Of a DNA stretch of 19,819 nt, positions 1 to 11,395 are shown piece after piece. The translations under genes and the position numbers were made by a program. The stretch is taken from the UHGV virus genome UHGV-0254309. One strand, written 5' to 3'. This stretch comes from a virus. The notes below the pieces were generated by a model. It was not told where the DNA came from and made no database searches. It was given only the letters and a program-made list of their open reading frames with translations. How positions within the stretch are numbered: position 1 is the stretch's first letter; every line of letters starts with the position of its first letter.

Positions 1-1818
<1,818 letters not shown>

Positions 1819-1819
<1 letters not shown>

Positions 1820-2313
1820 TACTCCTCCTGCTGTAATTCCTCCTCATCATCCGCACCTGCTTCAGTCACCCGCAGGGCTATCTGATCGCGCAGATCATCA
1901 ATAATGGACTGAACACGGCTCACAGCGGCAGGCTGCAGACCGCAGTCACGTTCCAGAATATCCGGTAATGTATCCAGCACCTGCACGACCGCTTTTGCCC
2001 AGATGGCAAACTCCCGTCTGACATCACTGGCCGGAATGAGTTGTGCCGTTTCCTGTTCGAACTTAAGACGCTCACGTTCAGACTGATACCAGGCTTTGCG
2101 CTCATGTGCGTCCATTTCGCCTTCTGCAACCGGCGGTGGTAATGCCAGAAATGCCGACACAATATCAACCACCCGATAAAGCTTGAGGTTGCTTTCATGC
2201 CCCCCTGCAACGGGTAGATTTTGCAGCCTTGCCGCAGCAGTCTGGCGATGTACACCTGACAGTGCCGCCAATTGACTGATATTCAGCGTCAGATTTTTTA
2301 ACTCTCGATCCAT
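1819..2313 (-). CDS. Terminase small subunit, Nu1-like
   Basis: 164 aa ORF immediately upstream of and overlapping the large terminase gene. N-terminal helix-turn-helix-like segment (NISQLAALSGVHRQTAAARL) and acidic C-terminus, typical of Nu1-type small terminases. Confidence 0.65.
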
Positions 2314-2865
2314 ACCCGCTCCAGAATGTTTTAAACATGCATCTTGCGAACGACTTTAGGCAAACGGTGTTAGTGATGAACAAAAAACAATCAAAATCGA
2401 CACCACAAAAATAAATATACTGTAATATCAATCTATTACAGTAGTGGTGATGACGGATGAAATTTCAAAAACTAGCCTTTTTCCGCGACGCTCCCGCCCC
2501 GTGGCAGGGACCCCCACTGGGAGGACCCGACAGCCTGACAACCGTGACGAGCATCTGAAACAGAGCGTTACATAATGGCATGGGTATAATTCAGAAGGAC
2601 ATCACAGCATGCCCACACAAATTAGTGTGAGTGTCCTGTTTCTTACTACGCGCAGGACTGACGAGCATGAGGGGAAAATACGCGAACCGAAATGCCTTAT
2701 CTTCAGAAATGCAGCCGGCATCCGAACTGGACGATATTGTAAATTCACCTAAATACGAGGCATTGCTGTAGTTGAATTGCAGTACTGTATTAGCCTTACA
2801 GTGACAGAATACGATATTGACTCTGTCACTTGTGAAATGGTCAGAATGGTTAGCAGTTATGGTGA

Positions 2866-3072
2866 TCAGTCAACCACCAGGGAATAATCCTTCGTATTCT
2901 TATCGTGCTTTACTAACGCGGCCTCAATTGCCCTGAATGCTTCCAGAGATACTTGATGTTCTATACATGCAATTACAACATCCGGGTAACCCATCGAAAT
3001 GGTGCTATTAAGCATAGTTTTTACACGAACCTGCTCCTGGGAGGGGGCATCAGTGTATTGATCTTTATGCAT
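2866..3072 (-). CDS. Hypothetical small protein (68 aa)
   Basis: ATG start with GGAG about 8-11 nt upstream; lies in an AT-rich island between packaging and lysis genes. No recognisable domain. Confidence 0.4.
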   Translation of the reverse strand: MHKDQYTDAPSQEQVRVKTMLNSTISMGYPDVVIACIEHQVSLEAFRAIEAALVKHDKNTKDYSLVVD

Positions 3073-3367
3073 TTTGTCGCTCCATTCGTTTGCTCTTCAC
3101 TTGCGGCTAAAAATATAACGTCAAATCACTCAGCATGAAAGTGTGAAAGTTTCAGCGCGTTTCCCTTACATAATCTGTCGTTTGTATTCTCTCCAGGCAT
3201 ACCGAAAAGACTAGGTATTGTCACACAACCAATACCACCGACTATCGAGATTTATATCTATTCGGTAATGTTTAAATATAACAAAACCCCGTAAAAACGA
3301 GGTTTATGGGTAAATTGTATTGTTGAATAGCATCTAACAAGAAATTGATGCTAATACTATAAACAGA

Positions 3368-3541
3368 CTAGATTAAATCAATCTTGATATCATAGCTTTC
3401 AAGACCAGTCATTTTTTCCCGTGCAGTAAACTGGATACTGGTAACTTCTTTCCCGGTCTTTTTCTTAAGCTCAATGATTTTTTTTGTTATATATTCAGAA
3501 ATATCTGCTTCTGTTTTTGTTTTTAACTCTTCAATGTTCAT
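3368..3541 (-). CDS. gnsB: GnsA/GnsB family small protein
   Basis: Internal ATG of the listed ORF gives a 57 aa product MNIEELKTK...FTAREKMTGLESYDIKIDLI matching the GnsA/GnsB family. AGAGGAA Shine-Dalgarno precedes the ATG. Confidence 0.75.
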   Translation of the reverse strand: MNIEELKTKTEADISEYITKKIIELKKKTGKEVTSIQFTAREKMTGLESYDIKIDLI

Positions 3542-3713
3542 CATTTCCTCTTTTAGTCTGTTATGACTTTCCTGGTACACAGTAGTGTCAATTATATGGA
3601 GCAAACTTATAAAAGATAAGATGAAACATCGCAATAATCAACATACGACGGTCTAAATTTCACACAAACAGATAAAGATGATTATCATTTATTATCAATG
3701 CATTAGAATCAAA

Positions 3714-3944
3714 TCAATTCAAGAGTCTCATTGCTGCTTCCAGAATTTCTTCTGAAGTTACATGTCGATCCGCTGCTACATAAATGACTTTATGATCTCC
3801 GGTCAGAGATGGAAACCCTGCAGCCATTACAGTGAGGTGTGTTGTTTCGCCATTTGGATATTCACGCATGATGGTGTTAACTCCGGTCATCACTGGCACT
3901 ACCATTGCTGGTTCAGAGTTAAAAAAAACTATTATTTTTTTCAT
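3714..3944 (-). CDS. Hypothetical small protein (about 76 aa from the internal ATG; the listed ORF begins at GTG 3983)
   Basis: Open frame directly downstream of a minus-strand terminator hairpin. Sits between gnsB and cspI, the position ynfN occupies in Qin-type prophages, but identity not confirmed. Confidence 0.4.
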   Translation of the reverse strand: MKKIIVFFNSEPAMVVPVMTGVNTIMREYPNGETTHLTVMAAGFPSLTGDHKVIYVAADRHVTSEEILEAAMRLLN

Positions 3945-3986
3945 AATGTTACCGTAATATGTGAGTATCCATCGACTAGACACTAA

Positions 3987-4010
3987 GCAAAAAAGCTCCC
4001 GAAGGAGCCT
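3987..4010 (-). terminator. Rho-independent terminator downstream of cspI
   Basis: On the minus strand a GC stem (GGCTCC / GGAGC) with TTCG loop is followed by TTTTTT. Confidence 0.45.
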
Positions 4011-4215
4011 TCATTTTCACTTTCTTAAATCTAACGACAGACGGCTAACATTTAAGTATTGTGAAATATTATCAAATGTAATCATCATTGATTTACAAAA
4101 GATACATTTTGCCCCGAAAGGATTCCTGTCAGAAACATCAAAAGATGATGTTCTATACTGAGAACCATGGCAACACGGGCATCTAAAGTGAATATGGTTT
4201 GTAATATTTTCTACC

Positions 4216-4431
4216 TCAAAGTGCCACAACATGAACAGCCGCGGGGCCTTTAGGTCCGTTCTCAATACCAAATTCGACTTCCTGATTCTCAGTTAACGTT
4301 TTGAAATCGTTGCTCTGAATAGCTGAGAAATGGACAAACACATCTTTGCTACCATCTTTCGGCGTGATGAAACCAAAACCTTTTTCAGGGTTAAACCATT
4401 TCACTAAACCAGTCATTTTGTTAGACATCAT
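4216..4431 (-). CDS. cspI: Cold-shock protein, CspA family (CspI-like)
   Basis: 70-71 aa, [38 protein letters not shown]..., with RNP1/RNP2 motifs of the cold-shock domain. Two tandem ATGs at the start. Confidence 0.85.
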   Translation of the reverse strand: MMSNKMTGLVKWFNPEKGFGFITPKDGSKDVFVHFSAIQSNDFKTLTENQEVEFGIENGPKGPAAVHVVAL

Positions 4432-4791
4432 TATTACCTTTTGAAGAAGTTAGCCCTTGGGCAGAATGGTCCGAAAAAAAATATCAGAGAGAAAAACCAA
4501 CAAGGAAATCTCAAGAGGTACAAATAATAAAATTATAACAATGACTGCTTCAGATAATTTTGTAACAAACCAGAACACCATTAACGCATGATTAACCAAC
4601 CATAGCAAGGATTACTTTTGTAAAGAAAAACACACGAATGAAACAATAGCTTTATTTATTAATAAAACGTGTCATTCTGTCTAATGACCTTTTATCTTAC
4701 CCTTAAGATTTCAAGGATTTTGACTCATGGAAGAGTCCTTTTTATTTAAATTTCACATTCAGCGCTAAAAATAATCCGATTTAATATTAAT

Positions 4792-5819
<1,028 letters not shown>

Positions 5820-5932
5820 GGATATTTATCAGGATTTATCGGCTTCAAATCCCCGGATATGTTAAATCTTACCTCACCAGTGATGGGCACTGGCGGGAGG
5901 AGGATGTCAATCTGATAAACACAGAGGTGATT

Positions 5933-6193
5933 ATGGATTACACAAATCTACCAAAACAAACTTTTGCTGATTTAATCGCACTCAGGCAAGCAGTCGTAGC
6001 TCTAATCAACTTGTTGCCGGAGAAGGAAAAGGAATTAGTTAAAGCGCTTCTTAACAGAACTGCCGCCGATTTTTCATCATATCCACTGACAGATGACCTT
6101 GCGGACCTTCCTGAATTAATTGCAGCGTCCGCCATTAAGCTTACTGAAGAGATTTACCCTCCTCAAAAATCTTCACAAAATTCCTGCGAGTAA
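5933..6193 (+). CDS. Hypothetical small protein (about 86 aa), opposite strand to the lysis cassette
   Basis: ATG at 5933 with GAGGTGA Shine-Dalgarno 5 nt upstream; stop followed about 22 nt later by a hairpin plus T-run. 3' end overlaps the 3' end of the convergent minus-strand ORF by about 50 nt. Confidence 0.5.
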   Translation: MDYTNLPKQTFADLIALRQAVVALINLLPEKEKELVKALLNRTAADFSSYPLTDDLADLPELIAASAIKLTEEIYPPQKSSQNSCE

Positions 6194-6692
6194 CTTCAAT
6201 GCAATAATCGTAAAACGCCGCAAACTGCTCATCGCGGCGTTTTTTTTCATCTTCAGAAGGAATCAGCACCAACAATTTTTTATTCAGATCAGCGACGCTG
6301 CTCTCCAGTTTTTCAATGGGCGATTCAATATCATCTTTTTCTGACCGCAATGCCGTCGGTGGCGTCTTCAGAGAACCAGTAATTCTTCCCGGTAGCTTTC
6401 CTTTGTAGGTTATCCACACATTCTGCGCCTCTAAAATTACCGGGCGCTTTTCCGGCGACAGCTCATCCCCTTCACATAACCCGGCAGCAACATCCAGGAA
6501 GAACTGTCTGATGCTCCTTCTCGCTGCTGCCTCATAAAACTCCAGCGCGGCACCTTCAACACGGTCCAGCGAGATGTCCAGGTCAAAAATTTCACCGTCA
6601 AAGCGTTTTTTGTCCCGTAAGGCTACAGTTACCGCCACTTTATTCTCAAAATTGCGGACTCCTTTCACAACCAGTTCATAGTCTTGTGTCAT
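6141..6692 (-). CDS. Hypothetical phage protein between holin and endolysin (ydfR-like position)
   Basis: Listed ORF starts at TTG 6713; ATG at 6692 lies 4 nt after the holin stop with a purine-rich stretch upstream, giving about 183 aa. No recognisable catalytic motif. Confidence 0.55.
   Translation of the reverse strand: MTQDYELVVKGVRNFENKVAVTVALRDKKRFDGEIFDLDISLDRVEGAALEFYEAAARRSIRQFFLDVAAGLCEGDELSPEKRPVILEAQNVWITYKGKLPGRITGSLKTPPTALRSEKDDIESPIEKLESSVADLNKKLLVLIPSEDEKKRRDEQFAAFYDYCIEVTRRNFVKIFEEGKSLQ
6215..6248 (+). terminator. Rho-independent terminator after the 86 aa plus-strand gene
   Basis: Stem ACGCCGC / GCGGCGT with 12-nt loop followed by TTTTTTTT. It lies inside the C-terminal coding region of the convergent ORF 6141-6692. 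Confidence 0.45.
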
Positions 6693-6696
6693 TGGA

Positions 6697-6912
6697 TTAC
6701 TCTCTTCTCGCAACCTTACGCCTGTCTTCTTTAATCTTGAAATAAAGGTTTGTCAGATACGTCAGCAGGCCAAAAACCAGACTACCCAGCACACCGATTG
6801 CAGCCCACTGTGACGGAGTTACTTTATCGAGTAACTGCAATGCCCAGAAACCAGCATTACCAGCCGATGTGCCATAGGCGATACCTGTTGTTAACTTATC
6901 CATTGATTTCAT
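6697..6912 (-). CDS. essQ: Holin (EssQ/EssD-like)
   Basis: 71 aa, [28 protein letters not shown]...[17 protein letters not shown], with two hydrophobic segments and a basic C-terminus. GAGGA Shine-Dalgarno; first gene of the lysis cassette. Confidence 0.8.
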   Translation of the reverse strand: MKSMDKLTTGIAYGTSAGNAGFWALQLLDKVTPSQWAAIGVLGSLVFGLLTYLTNLYFKIKEDRRKVARRE

Positions 6913-7130
6913 ATCCTCACCCCGATGTACACAGATGGTGCAATATGTTTGAAAAGATCGGAGTCTATGGGTTAGTTTTTATAGCAAACGTTGTTCTCAA
7001 CGGCGCTAAAAAACAGACACATTAAAAATGTGGGTAATTATTTTAAAAGAAAATCATATATTAAATAATAATACGAGATATGTTTTCATATTTAGTGTAC
7101 TGTATACGGCTATTTATACAGGAAAAGCCT

Positions 7131-7301
7131 ATGTCAGAACGTAAAGACTCAAAATCACGCCGTAATTATCTCGTTAAATGTTCCTGCCCAAACTGCACCC
7201 AAGAGTCAGAACACAGTTTTTCAAGAGTACAAAAAGGTGCCCTTTTGATCTGCCCTCATTGCAACAAAGTATTCCAGACAAATCTTAAAGCTGTAGCTTG
7301 A
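7131..7301 (+). CDS. Small zinc-ribbon protein (56 aa)
   Basis: MSERKDSKSRRNYLVKCSCPNCTQ...CPHCNK carries two CxxC pairs. AGGA Shine-Dalgarno 7-8 nt upstream of the ATG; hairpin terminator about 60 nt downstream. Confidence 0.5.
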   Translation: MSERKDSKSRRNYLVKCSCPNCTQESEHSFSRVQKGALLICPHCNKVFQTNLKAVA

Positions 7302-7360
7302 TTGATTTTATTCGTAACAAGTATTTTTTATATTTTAATAACATATTTAAAGCAGATAAT

Positions 7361-7385
7361 AAAAAACCCGCCTGAGCGGGTTTAA
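7361..7385 (-). terminator. Rho-independent terminator, strongest on the minus strand
   Basis: Stem CCCGC / GCGGG with 4-nt loop, flanked by an A-run on plus (T-run on minus); only a short T-run on the plus side. Confidence 0.45.
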
Positions 7386-7664
7386 TATTGTGGTGCTTTT
7401 TGTGGGAGTCATCCACTTACGCACTTTGTTTTGCTATGCCAGCAGTTAGCTTCTGCTGTAAAACTATTCATGCAGCAAACCTGCACTTCACCACAATGGT
7501 TAGCATACTTTTCCTGATTAAGTTATTGCCAAATATGCTGGCCATTGTTTCATGTATTGGACCTCCTTACTATTTATTAAAGAGATCCAATATTCACCAC
7601 TCTGTCTGTATCTCCACTCAGGCATCAGCCTTCTTCGTTATCGTATACAGACAAACTATGAATT

Positions 7665-7880
7665 TTAATCAGTAATTATGACATTTGCTGCTGCAGGACC
7701 TTTAGCACCACTCTCTACAGAGAAGGTAACCTTTTGACCTTCAAATAAGGTTCGAAAATTATCATTCTGAATCGCAGAAAAATGCACAAACACATCTTTA
7801 CTACCATCAACAGGAGAAATAAAGCCAAAACCTTTATCAGCGTTAAACCATTTTACTAAACCAGTCATTTTATTTGACAT
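7665..7880 (-). CDS. cspB: Cold-shock protein, CspA family (CspB-like)
   Basis: 71 aa, [45 protein letters not shown]..., full cold-shock domain; long upstream leader typical of cold-shock genes. Confidence 0.85.
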   Translation of the reverse strand: MSNKMTGLVKWFNADKGFGFISPVDGSKDVFVHFSAIQNDNFRTLFEGQKVTFSVESGAKGPAAANVIITD

Positions 7881-8180
7881 TCTACATTCCTTAACTTGAG
7901 CCTTTCGGCATAAATGGCTTGTATAACAGAAACGACTTCGTACTTAATTGGAGAGACTCAAAGAAGGAATAAGTGAATAACACCTGAAATGAGAACTGCT
8001 TTAGTAAACTACTTCGTATATCGTCTGTTCTTCAAACCGACGCAATCATTAACGCATAGTTGAACATATGAAGCAATGTTTATTTTAGACATCCAGCCAT
8101 CTTCAACCCCATCAAAAAACTATAGCTTTCTTCAGGAAGGTGTGTATAGTGCGCCCAGTTATCAGTATTAAGGAATTTTT

Positions 8181-8393
8181 TTGTCCCGTAAAATGACAGG
8201 AATTGTCAAAACCTTTGACGGCAAAAGCGGCAAGGGTCTTATCACCCCATCCGATGGTCGTATCGATGTCCAGCTTCATGTTTCAGCGCTCAATCTCCGC
8301 GATGCAGAAGAAATTGCCACCGGATTACGCGTGGAATTTTGCCGGATAAATGGTCTGCGTGGCCCTTCAGCTGCCAATGTTTACCTTTCATGA
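8181..8393 (+). CDS. cspF: Cold-shock-domain protein of the CspF/CspH type
   Basis: 70 aa, [44 protein letters not shown]... First codon is TTG with AAGGAA 5 nt upstream; alternative ATG at 8193. Confidence 0.8.
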   Translation: MSRKMTGIVKTFDGKSGKGLITPSDGRIDVQLHVSALNLRDAEEIATGLRVEFCRINGLRGPSAANVYLS

Positions 8394-8685
8394 GCTATAT
8401 TAAAGCTTTAATTTCAGGCCCCATCGAATCAAACATGGAGAGTTTTCATGAATAACCCCGTCTGTCTTGATGACTGGTTGATTGGCTTTAAAAGCTTATG
8501 CTGTACTTTGACCGTAATAGCTCTGCTAATAATGTAATAAGCAGACTCATTGTATCTAGGGACATTGTACTGGAAGAAAACATTTTAAACATCAGGCAGA
8601 AAACAAAGTCACCCGATAAATAATAAGTAAACAAACATGAATCCCGAAATGAGATTCAACATCTCTATTACCCTATTTAAAGCAC

Positions 8686-8719
8686 AAAAACCCGCTCATC
8701 AGCGGGTTTTCTACTTTTT
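8686..8719. terminator. Bidirectional rho-independent terminator; tR'-like for the Q-controlled late promoter and terminator for cspF
   Basis: Stem CCCGCT / AGCGGG with 4-nt loop, A-run upstream and T-run downstream, so it reads as a terminator on both strands. Confidence 0.55.
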
Positions 8720-8755
8720 CTTAACGTCGGGTATACAAAGCCCATTGTTGAAAAA

Positions 8756-8784
8756 ATTTTATCCATATTTTTTGAAAAATGCAA
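8756..8784 (-). promoter_or_regulatory. Late promoter (PR'-like) just downstream of Q
   Basis: Minus strand reads TTGCAT, 17-bp spacer, TAAAAT, about 30 nt downstream of the Q stop and about 40-60 nt upstream of the terminator at 8686-8719. Confidence 0.5.
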
Positions 8785-8815
8785 GCATTACGTCGCCATC
8801 TTCGGCGAAAATCAT

Positions 8816-9568
8816 TTATCTCGTCACTTTTCTTAATTGCACCTCAGCATATGCTTCTTCCTGCCAGCACTTTGTAACCAGTTTATCAATGACATCTGCA
8901 TATCCTTTGTACCACTGATAATCAGTCAGGGCTGGTACCAGCTTCTGGACATGACACCGCGCCAGTGTCGTTGGTAAACGACTAAACCGGTTTCCATTGC
9001 AACGCCCACAAATCTTATAAACAGGCGCGCCATGAAGCCGGGTCCTTTTTTCATCCAGGACAATACCTTTACCCTTACACCCTCTGCACGCTGTGCTGAC
9101 TTCTCCCTTACCATGGCAATGCTGACATAGTTCCTTCACCCACTCTTCCTTGATAACAGATTCCCCGCTTCTGGAGTGTTTCACCACTTCGCGCAATACA
9201 TTATGAAATCCAGTACCTGCACAATGCTCACAGCGAGCCTTACTTGCCGCAGACCTGGAATAATCAGCAAAGGCAAAATTCACAAGGTAAGGGATGATCT
9301 GTAACCGGATTTCTTCACTCAATTTATTCAATGTCGGGTTATCCAGTGCCATCGCGTAATTGAGCAGACCTTCAATCGCAAACTGAGGATCCTGAACACC
9401 AACTTTTGCCAGGAATAAGGCAAAACCCAGTGGTGCTTTCGACTGCACCATCCCCTGCGCAGCCATCACATCCGTAATCGTTAAACCACCCGAGCCTGTC
9501 GCCGGTGCGTCATCACTCAATTTTGGAGATTTTGGGGAGTAATATTTTGGTAAGGCTTCAAGGTTCAT
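8816..9568 (-). CDS. quuQ: Late-gene antiterminator Q (Cys-rich type)
   Basis: Listed ORF starts at GTG 9610; ATG at 9568 with GGAGAA upstream gives 250 aa. Four CxxCxGxG repeats (CEHCAGTG, CQHCHGKG, CRGCKGKG, CGRCNGN). Position between nin region and late promoter. Confidence 0.75.
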   Translation of the reverse strand: MNLEALPKYYSPKSPKLSDDAPATGSGGLTITDVMAAQGMVQSKAPLGFALFLAKVGVQDPQFAIEGLLNYAMALDNPTLNKLSEEIRLQIIPYLVNFAFADYSRSAASKARCEHCAGTGFHNVLREVVKHSRSGESVIKEEWVKELCQHCHGKGEVSTACRGCKGKGIVLDEKRTRLHGAPVYKICGRCNGNRFSRLPTTLARCHVQKLVPALTDYQWYKGYADVIDKLVTKCWQEEAYAEVQLRKVTR

Positions 9569-9581
9569 GCTCGTTCTCCAC

Positions 9582-10577
9582 TTACGCCAGTACGCCTGTT
9601 GCCAGCGCACGATCGATAAAACGAAATATCAGCTCCAGCTGGGAGCCATACTTCTCTTCAAATGCCACGGTATCCGCATGCAGCTCGTCGTGATGCTTTC
9701 TGCACAAAGGCAACACAAAGAGGTCATGCGCTTTTGTTCCCATTCCACCCTGACCGTGACCTATCAGGTGGTGGGGATCATCAGCAGGCTTTCCACAACA
9801 TGCACACGGCTGTGTCTTAACCCAGCGCGTGTACTTTTCATTAACCCAGCGGCGACGTTTTGGGCGTAACATAAAAGACTCCGGCGACTCCGGATCCACT
9901 TTCAGCGCCAGCACCTTTTTTGCCTTATCCTGGATGATGCTGGTGGCAGGAACCGAAGGCACAAGGTCACTTTCCCGGGTGACAGACGGCACAACAGGCT
10001 TTGGTAATCTCAGTGCCTTACGGGCTGCACTTTCCGGTAAGGCATCCGCCAGGTCATTACGAATCAGCCACCAGCACAGTTCCGGCATTGTCACAACGTG
10101 ACTATCATCAAAACCGAGATCCCGACGCACGACAGATAACACCCAGTGGGCACAGTTATCCGTTGCCATTGATTCCAGCCGTTCCGTGAACTGATCACGC
10201 AACTGGTTATCGCAGTGCCAGCACAGACGGATTGCGCCCGGCGCGTGTCGCATTGTGGTCATGTTCTCGCTGTGCCAGTCGGAATGAGGCCACTGACAGC
10301 CCTTTTCACGAAGTAACCAGCTTTCAAGACATTCCACGCCACCAGCACGACGGATCACTGCCTCATTGCGGAACACGACCCGAACGGCAGGATCATCCGC
10401 CAGCGGTTGTGATGCCGCCGGAACGGCACCACTGGCGAAAGATGAATAACGTTCCGGCTCAGGCTCCAGCAGGACACGCCCCTGCATAAACAGGGGCATC
10501 AGCTCTGAACCTGGCCTGAACAATACGATCCCCATACGCGGGGCAATTTCAGGGGTCAGTAGTGCTCTCACGGTCAC
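9582..10577 (-). CDS. ydfU: DUF968-family phage protein (YdfU-like)
   Basis: 331 aa; C-terminal Cys/His cluster CACCGKPADDPHHLIGHG...LPLCRKHHDELH typical of DUF968. GTG start 1 nt after the KilA-N stop. Confidence 0.65.
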   Translation of the reverse strand: MTVRALLTPEIAPRMGIVLFRPGSELMPLFMQGRVLLEPEPERYSSFASGAVPAASQPLADDPAVRVVFRNEAVIRRAGGVECLESWLLREKGCQWPHSDWHSENMTTMRHAPGAIRLCWHCDNQLRDQFTERLESMATDNCAHWVLSVVRRDLGFDDSHVVTMPELCWWLIRNDLADALPESAARKALRLPKPVVPSVTRESDLVPSVPATSIIQDKAKKVLALKVDPESPESFMLRPKRRRWVNEKYTRWVKTQPCACCGKPADDPHHLIGHGQGGMGTKAHDLFVLPLCRKHHDELHADTVAFEEKYGSQLELIFRFIDRALATGVLA

Positions 10578-10578
10578 C

Positions 10579-11376
10579 TCAATGAACGGTATCGAGCAGC
10601 TTTAACAGCTCAGGGAATCGGGATTCGAAGAAATGCGGCTGCGTCTCGCGCGGATTTGCGGGACTGGTGATGTTCTTGCCGAACATGCAGCCTTTCGCTG
10701 TCAGCGACCAGAATTTTTTGATGTTGTTAATCGCGGTACGGCTGTATCGTTCGCGTTGTTCAACGATCCCCAGCTTCGCCATCTGGTGATATGCCTGATT
10801 AGCCGTAAGGCGGATACCATACTGTTTCAGCAGCGCACTCAGCGACAGCGTAGGGCGACTTGAGCCATCAGGCGCGTCAGCAGGAGCATCAATGGCATAG
10901 CGCGGTGCCAGATTCGGTAAGCCAACAGTCTCCTGGAGTTTCTGACAGGCACCAAGCACTGAAGAGTTAGACAGGTTTAACTCCCGGCGCATAAAGTCCA
11001 GCAGAATCACTCCAGCCTGCATCTTGTCAGCAGCCTGTCCGGATAATTTTTCCGGTGCGCTGGTTACCATGTCGAAAGTACGGATCACCTTCAGATGGAA
11101 TGACGGGCTTATCCACATTGCATAGGCATACACCAGTTCTTTGCAGACATACGTCCCCTGGTTATTTCCGCCACGAATAACGTTAACTGGCTCTATATTG
11201 ACCGAGTTGCAAATCTGCAACTCGCTTATTAAACGTTCAGTTTGCTCATTGCGGAGCCAAAATGCAGGCTTATGCTTATCCAGAGAACCGGCAGCCCTGT
11301 GTAGATCGTTCAGGCTGTAACGCCCATAAGCATCACGACGAACTTCAATACCATCAATGACCATCAGATTATTCAT
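10579..11376 (-). CDS. KilA-N domain protein (antirepressor-like)
   Basis: 265 aa; N-terminal MNNLMVIDGIEVRRDAYGRYSLNDLHRAAG matches the KilA-N fold. ATG preceded by GAGGAG. Confidence 0.7.
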   Translation of the reverse strand: MNNLMVIDGIEVRRDAYGRYSLNDLHRAAGSLDKHKPAFWLRNEQTERLISELQICNSVNIEPVNVIRGGNNQGTYVCKELVYAYAMWISPSFHLKVIRTFDMVTSAPEKLSGQAADKMQAGVILLDFMRRELNLSNSSVLGACQKLQETVGLPNLAPRYAIDAPADAPDGSSRPTLSLSALLKQYGIRLTANQAYHQMAKLGIVEQRERYSRTAINNIKKFWSLTAKGCMFGKNITSPANPRETQPHFFESRFPELLKLLDTVH

Positions 11377-11395
11377 ACTTCGTTTCTCCTCTTAA

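Noticed and set aside
1920-2431. ORFs 1920-2255 and 2195-2431 overlapping the small terminase gene and its upstream region
   Set aside because: Alternative-frame ORFs with no Shine-Dalgarno and low-complexity products; the Nu1-like frame explains the region.
4715-4750. Plus-strand hairpin plus T-run between cspI and Rz, considered as a terminator or small RNA
   Set aside because: Stem is only about 5 bp and there is no plus-strand gene upstream; more likely part of the long cspI leader or a chance structure.
8816-9610. Longer 264 aa form of Q starting at GTG 9610
   Set aside because: It would overlap the upstream DUF968 gene by 29 nt; the internal ATG at 9568 has a Shine-Dalgarno and gives a 250 aa product, the length remembered for K-12 QuuQ.
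9505-10489. Plus-strand ORFs antisense to Q and DUF968 (9505-9693, 9567-9869, 9829-10101, 10001-10189, 10232-10489)
   Set aside because: All are antisense to well-supported minus-strand genes in a tightly packed operon; Ser/Arg/His-rich products typical of out-of-frame translation.
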